Assembly: GCA_050115495.1 (NCBI GenBank)
Contig: JASFQK010000044.1
Span: 1-51,673, forward strand
Length of the DNA stretch: 51,673 nt
Source of the DNA: Phycisphaerae bacterium
Lineage (GTDB): Bacteria > Planctomycetota > Phycisphaerae > UBA1845 > Fen-1342
Reading direction: 5' to 3'
The position numbers and the translations under genes were made by a program. The notes beneath the pieces were generated by a model that was not told the origin of the DNA, ran no database searches, and worked only from the letters and a program-made list of their open reading frames with translations. Below, one piece after another: positions 27,873 through 39,813 of this stretch (its first letter is position 1; the number at the start of each line of letters is the position of its first letter).

Positions 27873-30593
27873 ATGTCACAGACTTCGCTACTGAGGGGAA
27901 TCCTGGCCTGTTTGGCGACAATCTGCCTGCTCTTCTGGCTCGTCCCGGCGTTCGCCGATCCGCCCGACGACGGCTGCTACCCCGACAGCCCGTTCGGCAA
28001 CGGCGGCACGGGCGACCTGCTGGAGATCTTCTCCGGCCAAACGTACGACGTGGCCAGCCATGAGAACTGGCGCAATGTCTACATCCACGCCGGCGGCATC
28101 CTCGACACGCACGGCTACCGCCTGCGCGTGTGTGACACGCTGACGAACTACGGTGAGATCACCGACTCGACGTCCGGCGGTGTATGCGGAGCCAGCAGCC
28201 CGGCAGACGGCCAGGACTTCTGCGAAGACTCCGGCGGACCGCCTGAGGCCGAGGATGGCACACGCAACTGCGCCTGCGTCATGCCGCTATATCCGCAGGC
28301 CGGCGGCAGCGGCCTTTGCGGCGGTGGTGGTGGCGGAGGAGGCGGCGCCGCTTTGATTGCTCCCGAGTGCTACGACGCAAACGGCGGAGCCGGCGGTGCA
28401 GGGGGTGACGGCGGCAAAGGCGGCGGCTACGTCCGCATCTACGCCTACCGCCTGGACAACCAAGGCCTCATCCAGGCTGACGGCCAGCCCGGCGAGCCCG
28501 GCGGCAACGGCCGCAACGGCGAATACATCCTGCTCGGCCCCTCGCCCAAGGACTTCGCCAGTGGCGGAGGTGGAGGCGGCGCTGGGGGCAGCGGCGGCCA
28601 CGGTGGCACCGTGCTGATCTACTTCAACTCCGAAGGTCTCCTCAACGCGGGGACGACGCAGGCTCTGGGTGGCCTCGGCGGCACGGGTGGTGACGGCGGC
28701 GTCTCCGGCACCACGCTGCACGGAGGTCCGCTCGAATGCCTGGACAACTTCTACGAGGTCGACGGTCCCGGTGGCCAGGGAGCACCGCCTCCGCCCGAGA
28801 CGTGGCGCGGCGGTGACGGCGGCGACGGTGAACACCAGCTTGGCGAGTACGCCGGCGATGGCCAACCCGGCGCGATTGGCTCCGCTGGCGGGAATGGCTT
28901 GGTGCAACTCGTGCCGATCCCCCCTCCCGGTCCTGCTTGGGGATACGCCCTCACGGACATCGGCCCCGGTGCGTACCCGCAAGCCATCAACGAGGCCGGC
29001 TGGGTCGTCGGCTACGCGGAAACGCCCTTCGGCTACCGGCGCGCCTTCCTCTGGCTTGGGGACATGTGGGACTTGGGCACGCTGGGCGGCGACGATAGCT
29101 GGGCATACGACGTCAACGAACTCGTAGAGGTCGTCGGGCGAAGCGAACTTGCTGCCGGCCAGCAAGCACCATACTGCGCCTTCCTGTGGCCGCTGTTCCC
29201 GCCGGTATGCGGCTATCCTCCCGAGCCCCGATTGATCTCCCTGGGCGTGCTGCCGGGATGTGGCCCGAATAGTTGGGCCTTCGCCATTAACGACGCCACC
29301 AGCATAGCCGGTTGGTCTGGCTCCGATCCAGAGAACGATGGACACGCCTTTCTCTGGCTTTGTGAGCCCGCGTGCGGTCTCCCCGTCGGCATGAATGACA
29401 TTCACCCACCAGACTACTGGACTCGCAGCGTGGCTTTTGACATCAACAACGACGACGACGTTGTGATGTGGGCACACTATCGCTTTGACACCCAGCTGTG
29501 GCTGGGTGCTCGTCTGTGGAAGTGCGATTCCGGTTCGTCGGAGTCTGTGTTCTTTCGTGGTGTACCGCGAGGATTCAATGACAACGGTGACATGGTTGGG
29601 TTCCATGGCACCGGTGTCCTAGACCCCATACAGGTCACGGCGTTCCTCTGCCGACCCGACACGGAGTGGGACTGTGATTGGCTGCCTGCACTCCCCGGCG
29701 GCGAAGACTGCCTAGCCAACGCTGTAAGCGACGCTTGCGATGTTGTGGGCTGGTCAGAGACACCCATGGGTACACACCATGCGTGTCTGTGGCGCAACCG
29801 CATCATCTACGACTTGAATCACTCGGGACCGGCGGGAGGAGGCGGCGCCTGCTGCTTCTACGGCCTGACGTGCCTGGATGACGTGAGCGAATCGTGGTGT
29901 GTCGCGCTCGGTGGCCGGTACTCCCACGAACACTCCTGCTACGGCGACTACCCGCCACCACCAGCGCAGCCCTGGCCACAGATGGTTCCGTCGTGCGACG
30001 TTGAGCCGCTCGGCGCCTGTTGTTTCGAAGGCGACGGGATGGATCCCCCACAGTGCGTTGACGACTGGGACGAGCTCTCCTGTATCCAACTCGGTGCTCA
30101 CCGCTGGGTCGCGTGGACGACGTGCGCGGATCTCGAGCCGCCGTGCGGCACTGGCGCGTGCTGCCACGTGGACGGCACCTGCACGTACACGACGCACGTC
30201 GACTGCACGGCGCCGGACGAATGGCTCGGCTACGGTGTCGACTGCGATTCCTGCGATCACCCAGACTCCGACTGGGTGCTGACCGAAGCCACCGACATCA
30301 ACGAGGTCGGCCAGATCGTCGGCTCGGGCTACCTCAACGGCGAGGCGCACGGCTTCCTGCTCACGCCCTGTCCGTGTCCGGGCTTCGTCAAGGCTGATAC
30401 GAACTGCGACGGTGCCGTAAACAACTTTGACATCGCTCCGTTCGTCCAGGCCGTGCTCAATCCGCCCCAGTACGCCATCGATCACCCCGGGTGCAACTGG
30501 CTGTGCGTCGCCGACATCAACTGCGACGGCGCCGTGAACAACTTCGACATCACTCCCTTCGTGGAGTGCGTCCTGAACGGCGGCTGTCCGTAG
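27873..30593 (+). CDS. Secreted protein: Gly-rich region, HAF-like propeller repeats, three GACC Cys-rich modules, dockerin-like C-terminus
   Basis: SD GGAGG then ATG at 27873; RAFLW, DLGTLGG, AINE/D.G..VG repeats; ends VLNGGCP. Confidence 0.87.
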   Translation: MSQTSLLRGILACLATICLLFWLVPAFADPPDDGCYPDSPFGNGGTGDLLEIFSGQTYDVASHENWRNVYIHAGGILDTHGYRLRVCDTLTNYGEITDSTSGGVCGASSPADGQDFCEDSGGPPEAEDGTRNCACVMPLYPQAGGSGLCGGGGGGGGGAALIAPECYDANGGAGGAGGDGGKGGGYVRIYAYRLDNQGLIQADGQPGEPGGNGRNGEYILLGPSPKDFASGGGGGGAGGSGGHGGTVLIYFNSEGLLNAGTTQALGGLGGTGGDGGVSGTTLHGGPLECLDNFYEVDGPGGQGAPPPPETWRGGDGGDGEHQLGEYAGDGQPGAIGSAGGNGLVQLVPIPPPGPAWGYALTDIGPGAYPQAINEAGWVVGYAETPFGYRRAFLWLGDMWDLGTLGGDDSWAYDVNELVEVVGRSELAAGQQAPYCAFLWPLFPPVCGYPPEPRLISLGVLPGCGPNSWAFAINDATSIAGWSGSDPENDGHAFLWLCEPACGLPVGMNDIHPPDYWTRSVAFDINNDDDVVMWAHYRFDTQLWLGARLWKCDSGSSESVFFRGVPRGFNDNGDMVGFHGTGVLDPIQVTAFLCRPDTEWDCDWLPALPGGEDCLANAVSDACDVVGWSETPMGTHHACLWRNRIIYDLNHSGPAGGGGACCFYGLTCLDDVSESWCVALGGRYSHEHSCYGDYPPPPAQPWPQMVPSCDVEPLGACCFEGDGMDPPQCVDDWDELSCIQLGAHRWVAWTTCADLEPPCGTGACCHVDGTCTYTTHVDCTAPDEWLGYGVDCDSCDHPDSDWVLTEATDINEVGQIVGSGYLNGEAHGFLLTPCPCPGFVKADTNCDGAVNNFDIAPFVQAVLNPPQYAIDHPGCNWLCVADINCDGAVNNFDITPFVECVLNGGCP

Positions 30594-30653
30594 ACGGCGG
30601 GGTGCAGTCGCCGGGACGGGCTCGGCCACGGCGCCCGTCCCCCGGTACTTTGG

Positions 30654-30722
30654 GGCGTGGATGCGTGTGCCTCCCCACGCACCAACGGCGGCGCGGGCCT
30701 CGCAGCCGCGTTGCGCGCCGCC
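30654..30722. repeat. Repeat family D (CGTGTGCCTCCCCACGCACCAACGGCGGCGC plus hairpin), copy 1
   Basis: About 31 nt identical core shared with 31513-31581; both copies lie after a dockerin gene stop. Confidence 0.8.
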
Positions 30723-30967
30723 GGCGACCTCCGGCCGCAAAGGCCCCGTACCGCTGCCGCAGCCCCTCATTTGGATTGACGCCGCAGCAGATTAGTGTTA
30801 TAGGTTAAGTATATGGGAGGTGAGGGCTCAGCCCCGCCACGGTCAAGGGGAGGTGTGCATTTCTGTTCGCCCGTCCCCCGGGCGTTGGACCCGGTTGGCC
30901 GCCGAGTGCGTCGCTTGACAGCTAGGGAAGGAGGCAGCGTGTCACCTCACGCCGGGAGGCATGTGAC

Positions 30968-31405
30968 GTGAAATCGGTGCTCGTCACGTCAATGTGCGGT
31001 CTCGTCGCCATCTCTCTGCTGGTCCCCGCACCGGCCGTCGGCCAACCCACCAGTGCCCCGATCCTCCCCTGGAGTAGTTCTGCCGACCTGTCGAGCGGCG
31101 TCCCAAGGCCGAATACCGACTTTCTCGCGATTCCTTTAGCGCGAGACCATAGTGTCGGCTTAACAGCCGATAGCGCCGGGGGCAAGAGCGAATATGTCGC
31201 CAATCGCGGGCGGCTCTACCGCGACATGAATCGCGACAATCTGATCAACAACTTCGATCTGCGTGCGGTCACGCTGGCTCTCCCTGACCCAACGGCGTAC
31301 GCAGCCACCTGTCTGGATTGCCTGGTCACGAATGCCGATGTCGCTGCTGACGGTTTCGTCAACAGCTTCCACATCCTGCCGTTCGTGTGCCTGCTTGTGG
31401 AGTAG
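30968..31405 (+). pseudogene. Internally deleted, degenerate paralog of the downstream RCC1-repeat dockerin gene (145-aa ORF still open)
   Basis: N-terminus aligns (PAPAVGQPTSAPI vs PAPAMGQATSGPI) and C-terminus aligns, but most repeats are missing. Dockerin loop residues are altered (C->R, G->N, NNFD->NSFH). Confidence 0.7.
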
Positions 31406-31512
31406 TAACGGCTGACCGCGGCGTGCAGCGCGATCCGCCGAATCAGTTGTGCACTTGAGTTGGCCGCGGCGCCGTTGGCCAGTGCGGTTGCGGTGTCGAT
31501 GTAGCGATACTT

Positions 31513-31581
31513 CGGCGCGTGGACACGTGTGCCTCCCCACGCACCAACGGCGGCGCAGGCGCTCTGCCTTGCGCCGCCGCC
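31513..31581. repeat. Repeat family D, copy 2
   Basis: Matches 30654-30722. Confidence 0.8.
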
Positions 31582-31636
31582 TTTTGCGCACCGTGGTCGC
31601 GCGTCACTACAGAGCGCACACGCCACAGCTACCCGT

Positions 31637-31665
31637 TTGACTGAATGTCGTTTTGGTGGTACATT
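31637..31665 (+). promoter_or_regulatory. Sigma-70-type promoter candidate
   Basis: TTGACT-N17-TACATT with extended -10 TG; the paralogous position 30776-30804 reads TTGACG-N17-TATAGG. Confidence 0.55.
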
Positions 31666-31833
31666 ATCTTAGTTATGCAGGCGCTGTTGTGCGCGCTCAC
31701 TTGTTAGTGAGGGGTAGTTTAGACGTGCGCTCGCCCGTCCCCCAGGGCGTCGGACCTGGTTGGCTCCGAGCGTGTCGCTCGGCAGCAAGGGCTTCGGGCA
31801 CAAGGTGGCATCTCATACCGGGAGGGTAGTAAC

Positions 31834-32940
31834 ATGAAAACAGCCGTCGTTGTCTGGACCTGGGCGTTCGCCGCCGGCTTTCTGCTGCTACCTGCGCCGG
31901 CCATGGGGCAGGCCACTAGCGGCCCAATCGTCAACTGGGACGAGTTCGGCGACCCGATACTCGATGTTCCCGAACCGAATGCTCACTTCGTGGTGGTGGC
32001 CTCCGCAGCCGAATCAACCACGCGCCACCACCTGGCTCTGCGTGATGATGGTACGATCGCCACGTGGGGCACGAGCGCCTGGGGGCTCGACGACATACCA
32101 GAGCCAAACGCCGATTTCGTGGCCATCGCCGCCGGCCGCAGCCACAATCTGGCTATCCGTGGGCCGTACGGTGCGGTGGTGGCGTGGGGGTCCAACACCT
32201 CCGGGCAATGTCAGGTCCCCCTGGTGAATTATGACTACGTTGCCGTCGCAGCGGGTGTCGCTCACAGTCTTGGTCTGCGCGGCACGGGCACAGTCCTCGG
32301 CTGGGGATACAACGGCTACGGGCAGTGCGACGTACCGGCGCCGAACGCCGACTTCATCGCTATCGCTGCTGCGGAGTACCTTAGCGTCGGCTTGAAGTCC
32401 GACGGCACGATTGTAGCCTGGGGCTATCCCAAGTACGGCGCCTGTGACGTGCCCGCGCCGGACCCGGACTTCATCGCGATCGCCGCGTTCGCGCATGGCG
32501 GGATGGCGTTGAAGTCAGATGGCTCAATCGTCGGTTGGGGTGACTACTACGTACCGCCGCCGGGTGAGAACTCTGGTTTCGTGGCGATATCGGCCGGCTA
32601 TTACCACCTCATCGCGATGAAGGAGGACGGCTCCATCGTCGCCTGGGACCCCATCTGGAATGAGTCGATGCCCGTTCCTCCCCCGAATGCGGGCTACATC
32701 GCCATGTCCGCCGGGAATGGTGATTTCGTGGCCATTCGCGGACAGCTCTACGGCGATATGAACTGCGATGGCCTGATCAACAACTTCGATTTGCGCCCGT
32801 TCGCGCTCGCCATCACCGATCCGGCGGCGTACGAGGCCGCCTTCCCGGACTGCCCGCTCTCGAACGGCGATACCAGTGGTGACGGCCTAGTCAACAACTT
32901 CGACATCAGGCCGTTCGTGCACCTGCTCATCGGGGAGTAA
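31834..32940 (+). CDS. Secreted RCC1/BLIP-II-like beta-propeller protein with dockerin-like C-terminus
   Basis: Repeats F.AIAAG..H.L.L..DG..V.WG....GQC.VP.PN; GDMNCDGLINNFD / GDTSGDGLVNNFD. Confidence 0.9.
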   Translation: MKTAVVVWTWAFAAGFLLLPAPAMGQATSGPIVNWDEFGDPILDVPEPNAHFVVVASAAESTTRHHLALRDDGTIATWGTSAWGLDDIPEPNADFVAIAAGRSHNLAIRGPYGAVVAWGSNTSGQCQVPLVNYDYVAVAAGVAHSLGLRGTGTVLGWGYNGYGQCDVPAPNADFIAIAAAEYLSVGLKSDGTIVAWGYPKYGACDVPAPDPDFIAIAAFAHGGMALKSDGSIVGWGDYYVPPPGENSGFVAISAGYYHLIAMKEDGSIVAWDPIWNESMPVPPPNAGYIAMSAGNGDFVAIRGQLYGDMNCDGLINNFDLRPFALAITDPAAYEAAFPDCPLSNGDTSGDGLVNNFDIRPFVHLLIGE

Positions 32941-32985
32941 TAGCTTATCGCAACTCGCCGCGATACGCCGGTCGTGGTGTGCGCT

Positions 32986-35286
<2,301 letters not shown>

Positions 35287-35290
35287 CGTC

Positions 35291-35836
35291 CTACCGTCGC
35301 TGCTTGCGCCGGCACACCTTCCAATACACCGCCCCGGCGATGCCCGTCAGCGTGAAGGCTATGATCGGGGCCGAAGTGCCCAGCACCTGCGGCAGCAGCA
35401 GTTGCTTCGTGTGATACAGATTCGTGCACAGCGGGTTGAGCACGTGCGTCACCAGCAGCAGCCCGGGAATGAAGGCCAGCAGCACGACCAGGAAGTGCAG
35501 GTTTCCCTCACCCAACTGCCGCAGCGTCCCCAGCACGCACCCGCCGGTCAGGGCGATCCCCGCCCCGAACAGCAGCCCCGAGACGATGTTGAACACGCCG
35601 TACCCGCGAAGCTGTCCCACCGGCTTCAGCCCCATCACCGGCGACAAATAGCCGCTCAGCACGAAGCCGCCGCAGGTGATGATGAAGATCACCAGGAACA
35701 GCCGCAGGATGCGCTTGCCCCGCCCCATGTAGATCTCCCCCAGCCCGTGGGCGAAGCACAACCCGGCACGTTGCACGAAGTAGCCGAAGCCAACGCCGAA
35801 CGCCAGCCCGATCAGCAGCAGCCATGGCATGCTCAT
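35291..35836 (-). CDS. YeeE/YedE (TsuA) sulfur-transporter half, N-terminal-type
   Basis: G.FVQRAGLCF and LFGAGIALTGGCVLG motifs; hydrophobic; starts MSMPWLL and overlaps the upstream gene by 4 nt. Confidence 0.85.
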   Translation of the reverse strand: MSMPWLLLIGLAFGVGFGYFVQRAGLCFAHGLGEIYMGRGKRILRLFLVIFIITCGGFVLSGYLSPVMGLKPVGQLRGYGVFNIVSGLLFGAGIALTGGCVLGTLRQLGEGNLHFLVVLLAFIPGLLLVTHVLNPLCTNLYHTKQLLLPQVLGTSAPIIAFTLTGIAGAVYWKVCRRKQRR

Positions 35837-36270
35837 ACGCGGCACCTCCCCAACGTGAAGCTGAACACCAGGTAGGCGCCGGCCATGATGCCCAGCGCCG
35901 ACAGGAAGGACGCGACCGACAGCATCGGCATCCCCGTCACGAACGCCGTCGTGCACGTTCCCGGCGCCACGGTGACCCCCATCCCGATCAGCGCCCCGCC
36001 GATAATCGCGCGCGGCACCTCGCTCTTTTTCGGCCAGCGCAGGCGGAACTCCCCCGTCGTCTGCGCTCCCAGGAACGCGCCGAGAATCACCCCCACGTTC
36101 ACCACGAAGGCGAACAGAAACTTGTTCCCTTCGCCGAACTGCCCGATCATCGGCAGAAAGCTGCTCCCACCGATCCAGAACTTCCGAATGCACAAGTACA
36201 TCACGACGTTGAGCCCGGCGAAGCAGGCCACCATGCTCACCGGGTTGCGCAAGCCCTTGCCCAGGTCCAT
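35833..36270 (-). CDS. YeeE/YedE (TsuA) sulfur-transporter half, C-terminal-type
   Basis: GVILGAFLGA...GEFRLR and GGALIGMG..VAPGTC motifs. Confidence 0.85.
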   Translation of the reverse strand: MDLGKGLRNPVSMVACFAGLNVVMYLCIRKFWIGGSSFLPMIGQFGEGNKFLFAFVVNVGVILGAFLGAQTTGEFRLRWPKKSEVPRAIIGGALIGMGVTVAPGTCTTAFVTGMPMLSVASFLSALGIMAGAYLVFSFTLGRCRV

Positions 36271-36298
36271 GTAATGCTCCCATGCGGCCGCGCCGCCA

Positions 36299-36523
36299 TC
36301 AGGCCCGCGTCACCACGATCTCCCAGCCCTGCGCACACCTGATCACGTCTATGGTTATGCCGTCGCAGTCCTCCAGTTCTTCCGGCACCGCCTTCAGGGC
36401 CAGCGGATCGTCGACCAGGAAGCGGCCGGACTGCCCGGCTTGCAACTGGTCCACGGCTCGCACGATGGCGAACACCGGGTACGGACACACCCGGCCGAGC
36501 AGGTCCATCGCCTCACCTGGCAT
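36299..36523 (-). CDS. TusA/YeeD (TsuB)-family sulfur carrier
   Basis: DLLGRVCPYP motif, VDDPLA, 74 aa, SD GGAGG. Confidence 0.88.
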   Translation of the reverse strand: MPGEAMDLLGRVCPYPVFAIVRAVDQLQAGQSGRFLVDDPLALKAVPEELEDCDGITIDVIRCAQGWEIVVTRA

Positions 36524-36963
36524 AGAACCGCCTCCCATGCTCCTGCTGCCAATGGTTCCTGCACCGCACCCGGGGAAGTCTCCGGACGCGCATACACACC
36601 GGGACATGCTCTGCGCACTGCCGCCCATCCCCGCCGGCCAGCGCGGCGGTCTCCTCCAGCGGCCCGGACCGTCCGGTCCTGTAGCTGTTGTCGGCTAAAC
36701 CTTCACGCAAGTTCGGCCGGTCGACGGTACCCCGTCAGTATTCCGCCCTGCGCCGGCGGAATTGGCTCCTTCGCCATCGGCGACGCCCCGACCACGGGGC
36801 CATAACTGACGAGCCTCTATCGGACGCCGCCGCCGAACCGGCCGCGCCTCGCTCTCCCGAAGCCGGCCAGAATCCCCCGCGGAGCCCTGCCACTCGAACG
36901 CGACCTCTGGTAACATCCCTGCGGCAAGCCAACCTGTCGGGCCGGTTCTGGGAGAGCTATGCG

Positions 36964-38469
36964 ATGGAACTCGATGCAGTTCTGCTCGCGCGAATCCAGT
37001 TTGCCCTGACCATCGCCTTCCACTACCTATTCCCGCCGCTGACCATCGGCCTCGGTCTCCTGATGGTCATCATGGAAGGTACGTTCCTGGCGACGAAGAA
37101 CCGCCAGTACGAGGTCATGGCCCGCTTCTGGACGCGCATCTTCGCCCTCATCTTCGCCATGGGCGTCGCCTCCGGCATCGTCATGGAGTTCCAGTTCGGC
37201 ACGAACTGGTCCACCTACTCGCGCTTCGTCGGCGACATCTTCGGCTCAGCCCTCGCCGCCGAGGGCGTCTTCGCCTTCTTCCTCGAATCGGGCTTCCTCG
37301 CCGTGCTCGTCTTCGGCTGGGACCGCGTCTCGCCGCGTGTGCACTTCTTCTCGACCCTCATGGTCTCGCTGGGTTCGATGTTCTCGGCGGTGTGGATCGT
37401 CGTGGCGAACTCGTGGCAGCAGACGCCCGCCGGCTATCACATCGTCGGCGAGGGCCTGCTCCGCCGCGCCGAGGTCACCGACTTCTGGGCGGTCGTGTTC
37501 AACCCGTCCACGCTCGAACGGCTCACGCACACAGTGATCGGGGCGTTCATCCTCGGCGGCTTCTTCGTGATGAGCGTCTCCGCCTACTATCTGCTCCGGA
37601 AGCGGCACACCGACTTCGCCCGCCGCAGCTTCGCCATCGCCCTGCCCTTCGCGGCGATCTTCTCCCTCGCCGCCCTGATCTCCGGCCACTCGCAGGGCGT
37701 CAACGTCGCCCGCACGCAGCCGGCCAAGCTCGCCGCGTTCGAAGGGCATTTCCACACCGCTCCCGGCGGCACGCCGCTGTACCTCTGGGGCATCCCCGAC
37801 GAGCAGACGCAGCAGGTGAAGATGGGCGTCGCCATTCCCGGCATGCTCAGCTTCCTCGTGCACGGCAACACGCAAACGCCCGTCATCGCCCTCGACGATC
37901 CGAAGATTCTCCCCCCCGACTACGAGATGGCCGCCGGCGAGACGCTGCGCGACTACTGGCCGCCGGTGAACCTGTCGTTCCAGTTCTACCACCTGATGGT
38001 AGCCCTGGGCATGTCGTTCATTGTGCTGACGCTGCTGGCCCTGATTCTCCAGTGGTCGGGCAAGCTCTACACGCAGCGCTGGCTGATGTGGATCTTCGTC
38101 TTCGCCGTCATCGGCCCGGTGATCGCCAACCAGGTCGGCTGGGCGGCGGCGGAAGTCGGCCGGCAACCCTGGATCGTCTACGGCATGCTCAAGACGGCGA
38201 ACGCCGCCTCCAAGACCGTTTCCGGCGAGGAGGTGCTCACGTCCATCATCCTGTTTGGCCTGATCTACACCCTGCTGACGCTGGCCTGGATATTCCTCAT
38301 GGACGCCAAAATCAAGCAGGGCCCGGAAGAGCCGACGCCGGCCGGGCAGGCCCCCGGGCAAGAGTCCTGGGTGGCCGTCGCCACCAGCCGGCGTGATCTG
38401 GCGGCCCCGGACGGCTCGCCTCCGCCTCCGACGGGCGGCGGTGAGAACCATGGGTCGAGGGAGTCATAG
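36964..38469 (+). CDS. cydA: Cytochrome bd ubiquinol oxidase subunit I
   Basis: [53 protein letters not shown]. Confidence 0.96.
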   Translation: MELDAVLLARIQFALTIAFHYLFPPLTIGLGLLMVIMEGTFLATKNRQYEVMARFWTRIFALIFAMGVASGIVMEFQFGTNWSTYSRFVGDIFGSALAAEGVFAFFLESGFLAVLVFGWDRVSPRVHFFSTLMVSLGSMFSAVWIVVANSWQQTPAGYHIVGEGLLRRAEVTDFWAVVFNPSTLERLTHTVIGAFILGGFFVMSVSAYYLLRKRHTDFARRSFAIALPFAAIFSLAALISGHSQGVNVARTQPAKLAAFEGHFHTAPGGTPLYLWGIPDEQTQQVKMGVAIPGMLSFLVHGNTQTPVIALDDPKILPPDYEMAAGETLRDYWPPVNLSFQFYHLMVALGMSFIVLTLLALILQWSGKLYTQRWLMWIFVFAVIGPVIANQVGWAAAEVGRQPWIVYGMLKTANAASKTVSGEEVLTSIILFGLIYTLLTLAWIFLMDAKIKQGPEEPTPAGQAPGQESWVAVATSRRDLAAPDGSPPPPTGGGENHGSRES

Positions 38470-38474
38470 TCGCC

Positions 38475-39491
38475 ATGGATCTGAACGTGCTCTGGTTCAT
38501 CCTGCTCGGCGTGCTGCTCACCGGCTACGCCATACTGGACGGCTTCGACCTCGGCGTGGGCATTCTGCACCTCGGGGCCCGCAACGACCGCGACCGCCGG
38601 ATCTTCATGAACTCGATCGGCCCGCTCTGGGACGGCAACGAGGTCTGGCTCGTCACGTTCGGCGGTGCCCTCTTCGCCGCCTTCCCGCACGTCTACGCCA
38701 CCGCCTTCTCGGCGTTCTACCTGCCGTTCATGCTGCTGCTGTGCGCGCTGATCTTCCGCGCCGTGTCCATGGAATTCCGCAGCAAACGCGAGTCGCCGGT
38801 CTGGCGGAGCTTCTTCGACTACTGCTTCTTCGGGGCCAGCACGCTGGCGACGTTCCTCTTCGGCGTCGCCGTCGGCAACGCCATGCTGGGCATCCCCGTC
38901 GGCGAGGATATGGAGTTCGCCGGCACGCTGCTCGGGCTAGTCACGCCGTATCCAATCCTCGTGGGCATCATGGCCGTGGCCCTGTTCGCCATGCACGGCT
39001 CCATCTATCTGTATCTCAAGACCACCGGCGAGCTGCAGAAGAAGATCCACGGCTGGATGTGGCGGTCGTTCGGCTTCTTCCTGGTCGTGTACCTGTTCAC
39101 GACGGTGGTCACCCTGGTGAACGTGCCGACGGCGGTGGCGAACTTCAAGCAGTTCCCGTGGGTCTGGGGCGTCGTGGCCCTGAACATCCTGGCCATCGCC
39201 AACATCCCGCGGGCGATCTTCCAACAGCGGCCGTTCTACGCCTTCCTCTCCTCGTCGGCGACGATCGCAGCGCTGATCGCCCTGCTCATGGTGGGGCTCT
39301 TCCCCAACCTGCTGACGTCGAGCCTCAACAGCGAGTGGAGCCTGACGATCTACAACGCGGCGTCTTCGCAGAAGACGCTGGGCATCATGGCGATCATCGC
39401 AGTAGTGGGCATGCCGTTCGTACTCGCCTACACGACGATCATCTACTGGCTCTTCCGCGGCAAAGTCGAGATCGGCAAGTTCAGCTACTAG
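38475..39491 (+). CDS. cydB: Cytochrome bd ubiquinol oxidase subunit II
   Basis: LDGFDLGVG, GPLWDGNEVWL, LIFRAVSMEFR, YWLFRGKV. Confidence 0.96.
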   Translation: MDLNVLWFILLGVLLTGYAILDGFDLGVGILHLGARNDRDRRIFMNSIGPLWDGNEVWLVTFGGALFAAFPHVYATAFSAFYLPFMLLLCALIFRAVSMEFRSKRESPVWRSFFDYCFFGASTLATFLFGVAVGNAMLGIPVGEDMEFAGTLLGLVTPYPILVGIMAVALFAMHGSIYLYLKTTGELQKKIHGWMWRSFGFFLVVYLFTTVVTLVNVPTAVANFKQFPWVWGVVALNILAIANIPRAIFQQRPFYAFLSSSATIAALIALLMVGLFPNLLTSSLNSEWSLTIYNAASSQKTLGIMAIIAVVGMPFVLAYTTIIYWLFRGKVEIGKFSY

Positions 39492-39494
39492 CCT

Positions 39495-39562
39495 GCAGCG
39501 TCCGGGCTCCGCACCGGACATCTTTCGTAGCGTCGGCCCCCCGTGACCGATGTCGACCACCG
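39495..39562 (+). repeat. REP family C doublet after cydB
   Basis: GCAGCGTCCG..CGGAC plus GTAGCGTCGG..CCGATGTCGA; matches 42201-42265. Confidence 0.75.
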
Positions 39563-39813
39563 AAGGCGCCTCGCACGCCAGCGTACCGTCCGTCCGCCAA
39601 CCTCCTGACTTCTGTGTCCCCCCTTTTCACCCGCGGTGTTCACGAACGGCCTCACCCACTCCCTCCCAACCCGTGGTCCACACGATCCGCCGCTCGCCAC
39701 GCACTTCTCGCTTGTCTCCGGCGAAATACAGGACTATGTTATTGATGAGGCGAGTGTGGCAGTGTCGCCGCGCTCAGACTCATGGGGACATGCCTTCGGG
39801 CAGGGGTTACCAC

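Noticed and set aside
28290..28900. Collagen-like or PE-PGRS gene in the Gly-rich stretch
   Set aside because: No sustained Gly-X-Y periodicity and no PE domain; it is an internal low-complexity region of the 27873-30593 protein.
19384..32940. Classical cellulosome gene cluster
   Set aside because: No recognisable cohesin/scaffoldin, CBM3 or glycoside hydrolase catalytic domain in the window.
39713..39740. Fourth copy of the ECF promoter motif before the second PEP-CTERM gene (TGTC...GACTA)
   Set aside because: Spacing is 2 nt short and the -35 match is poor.
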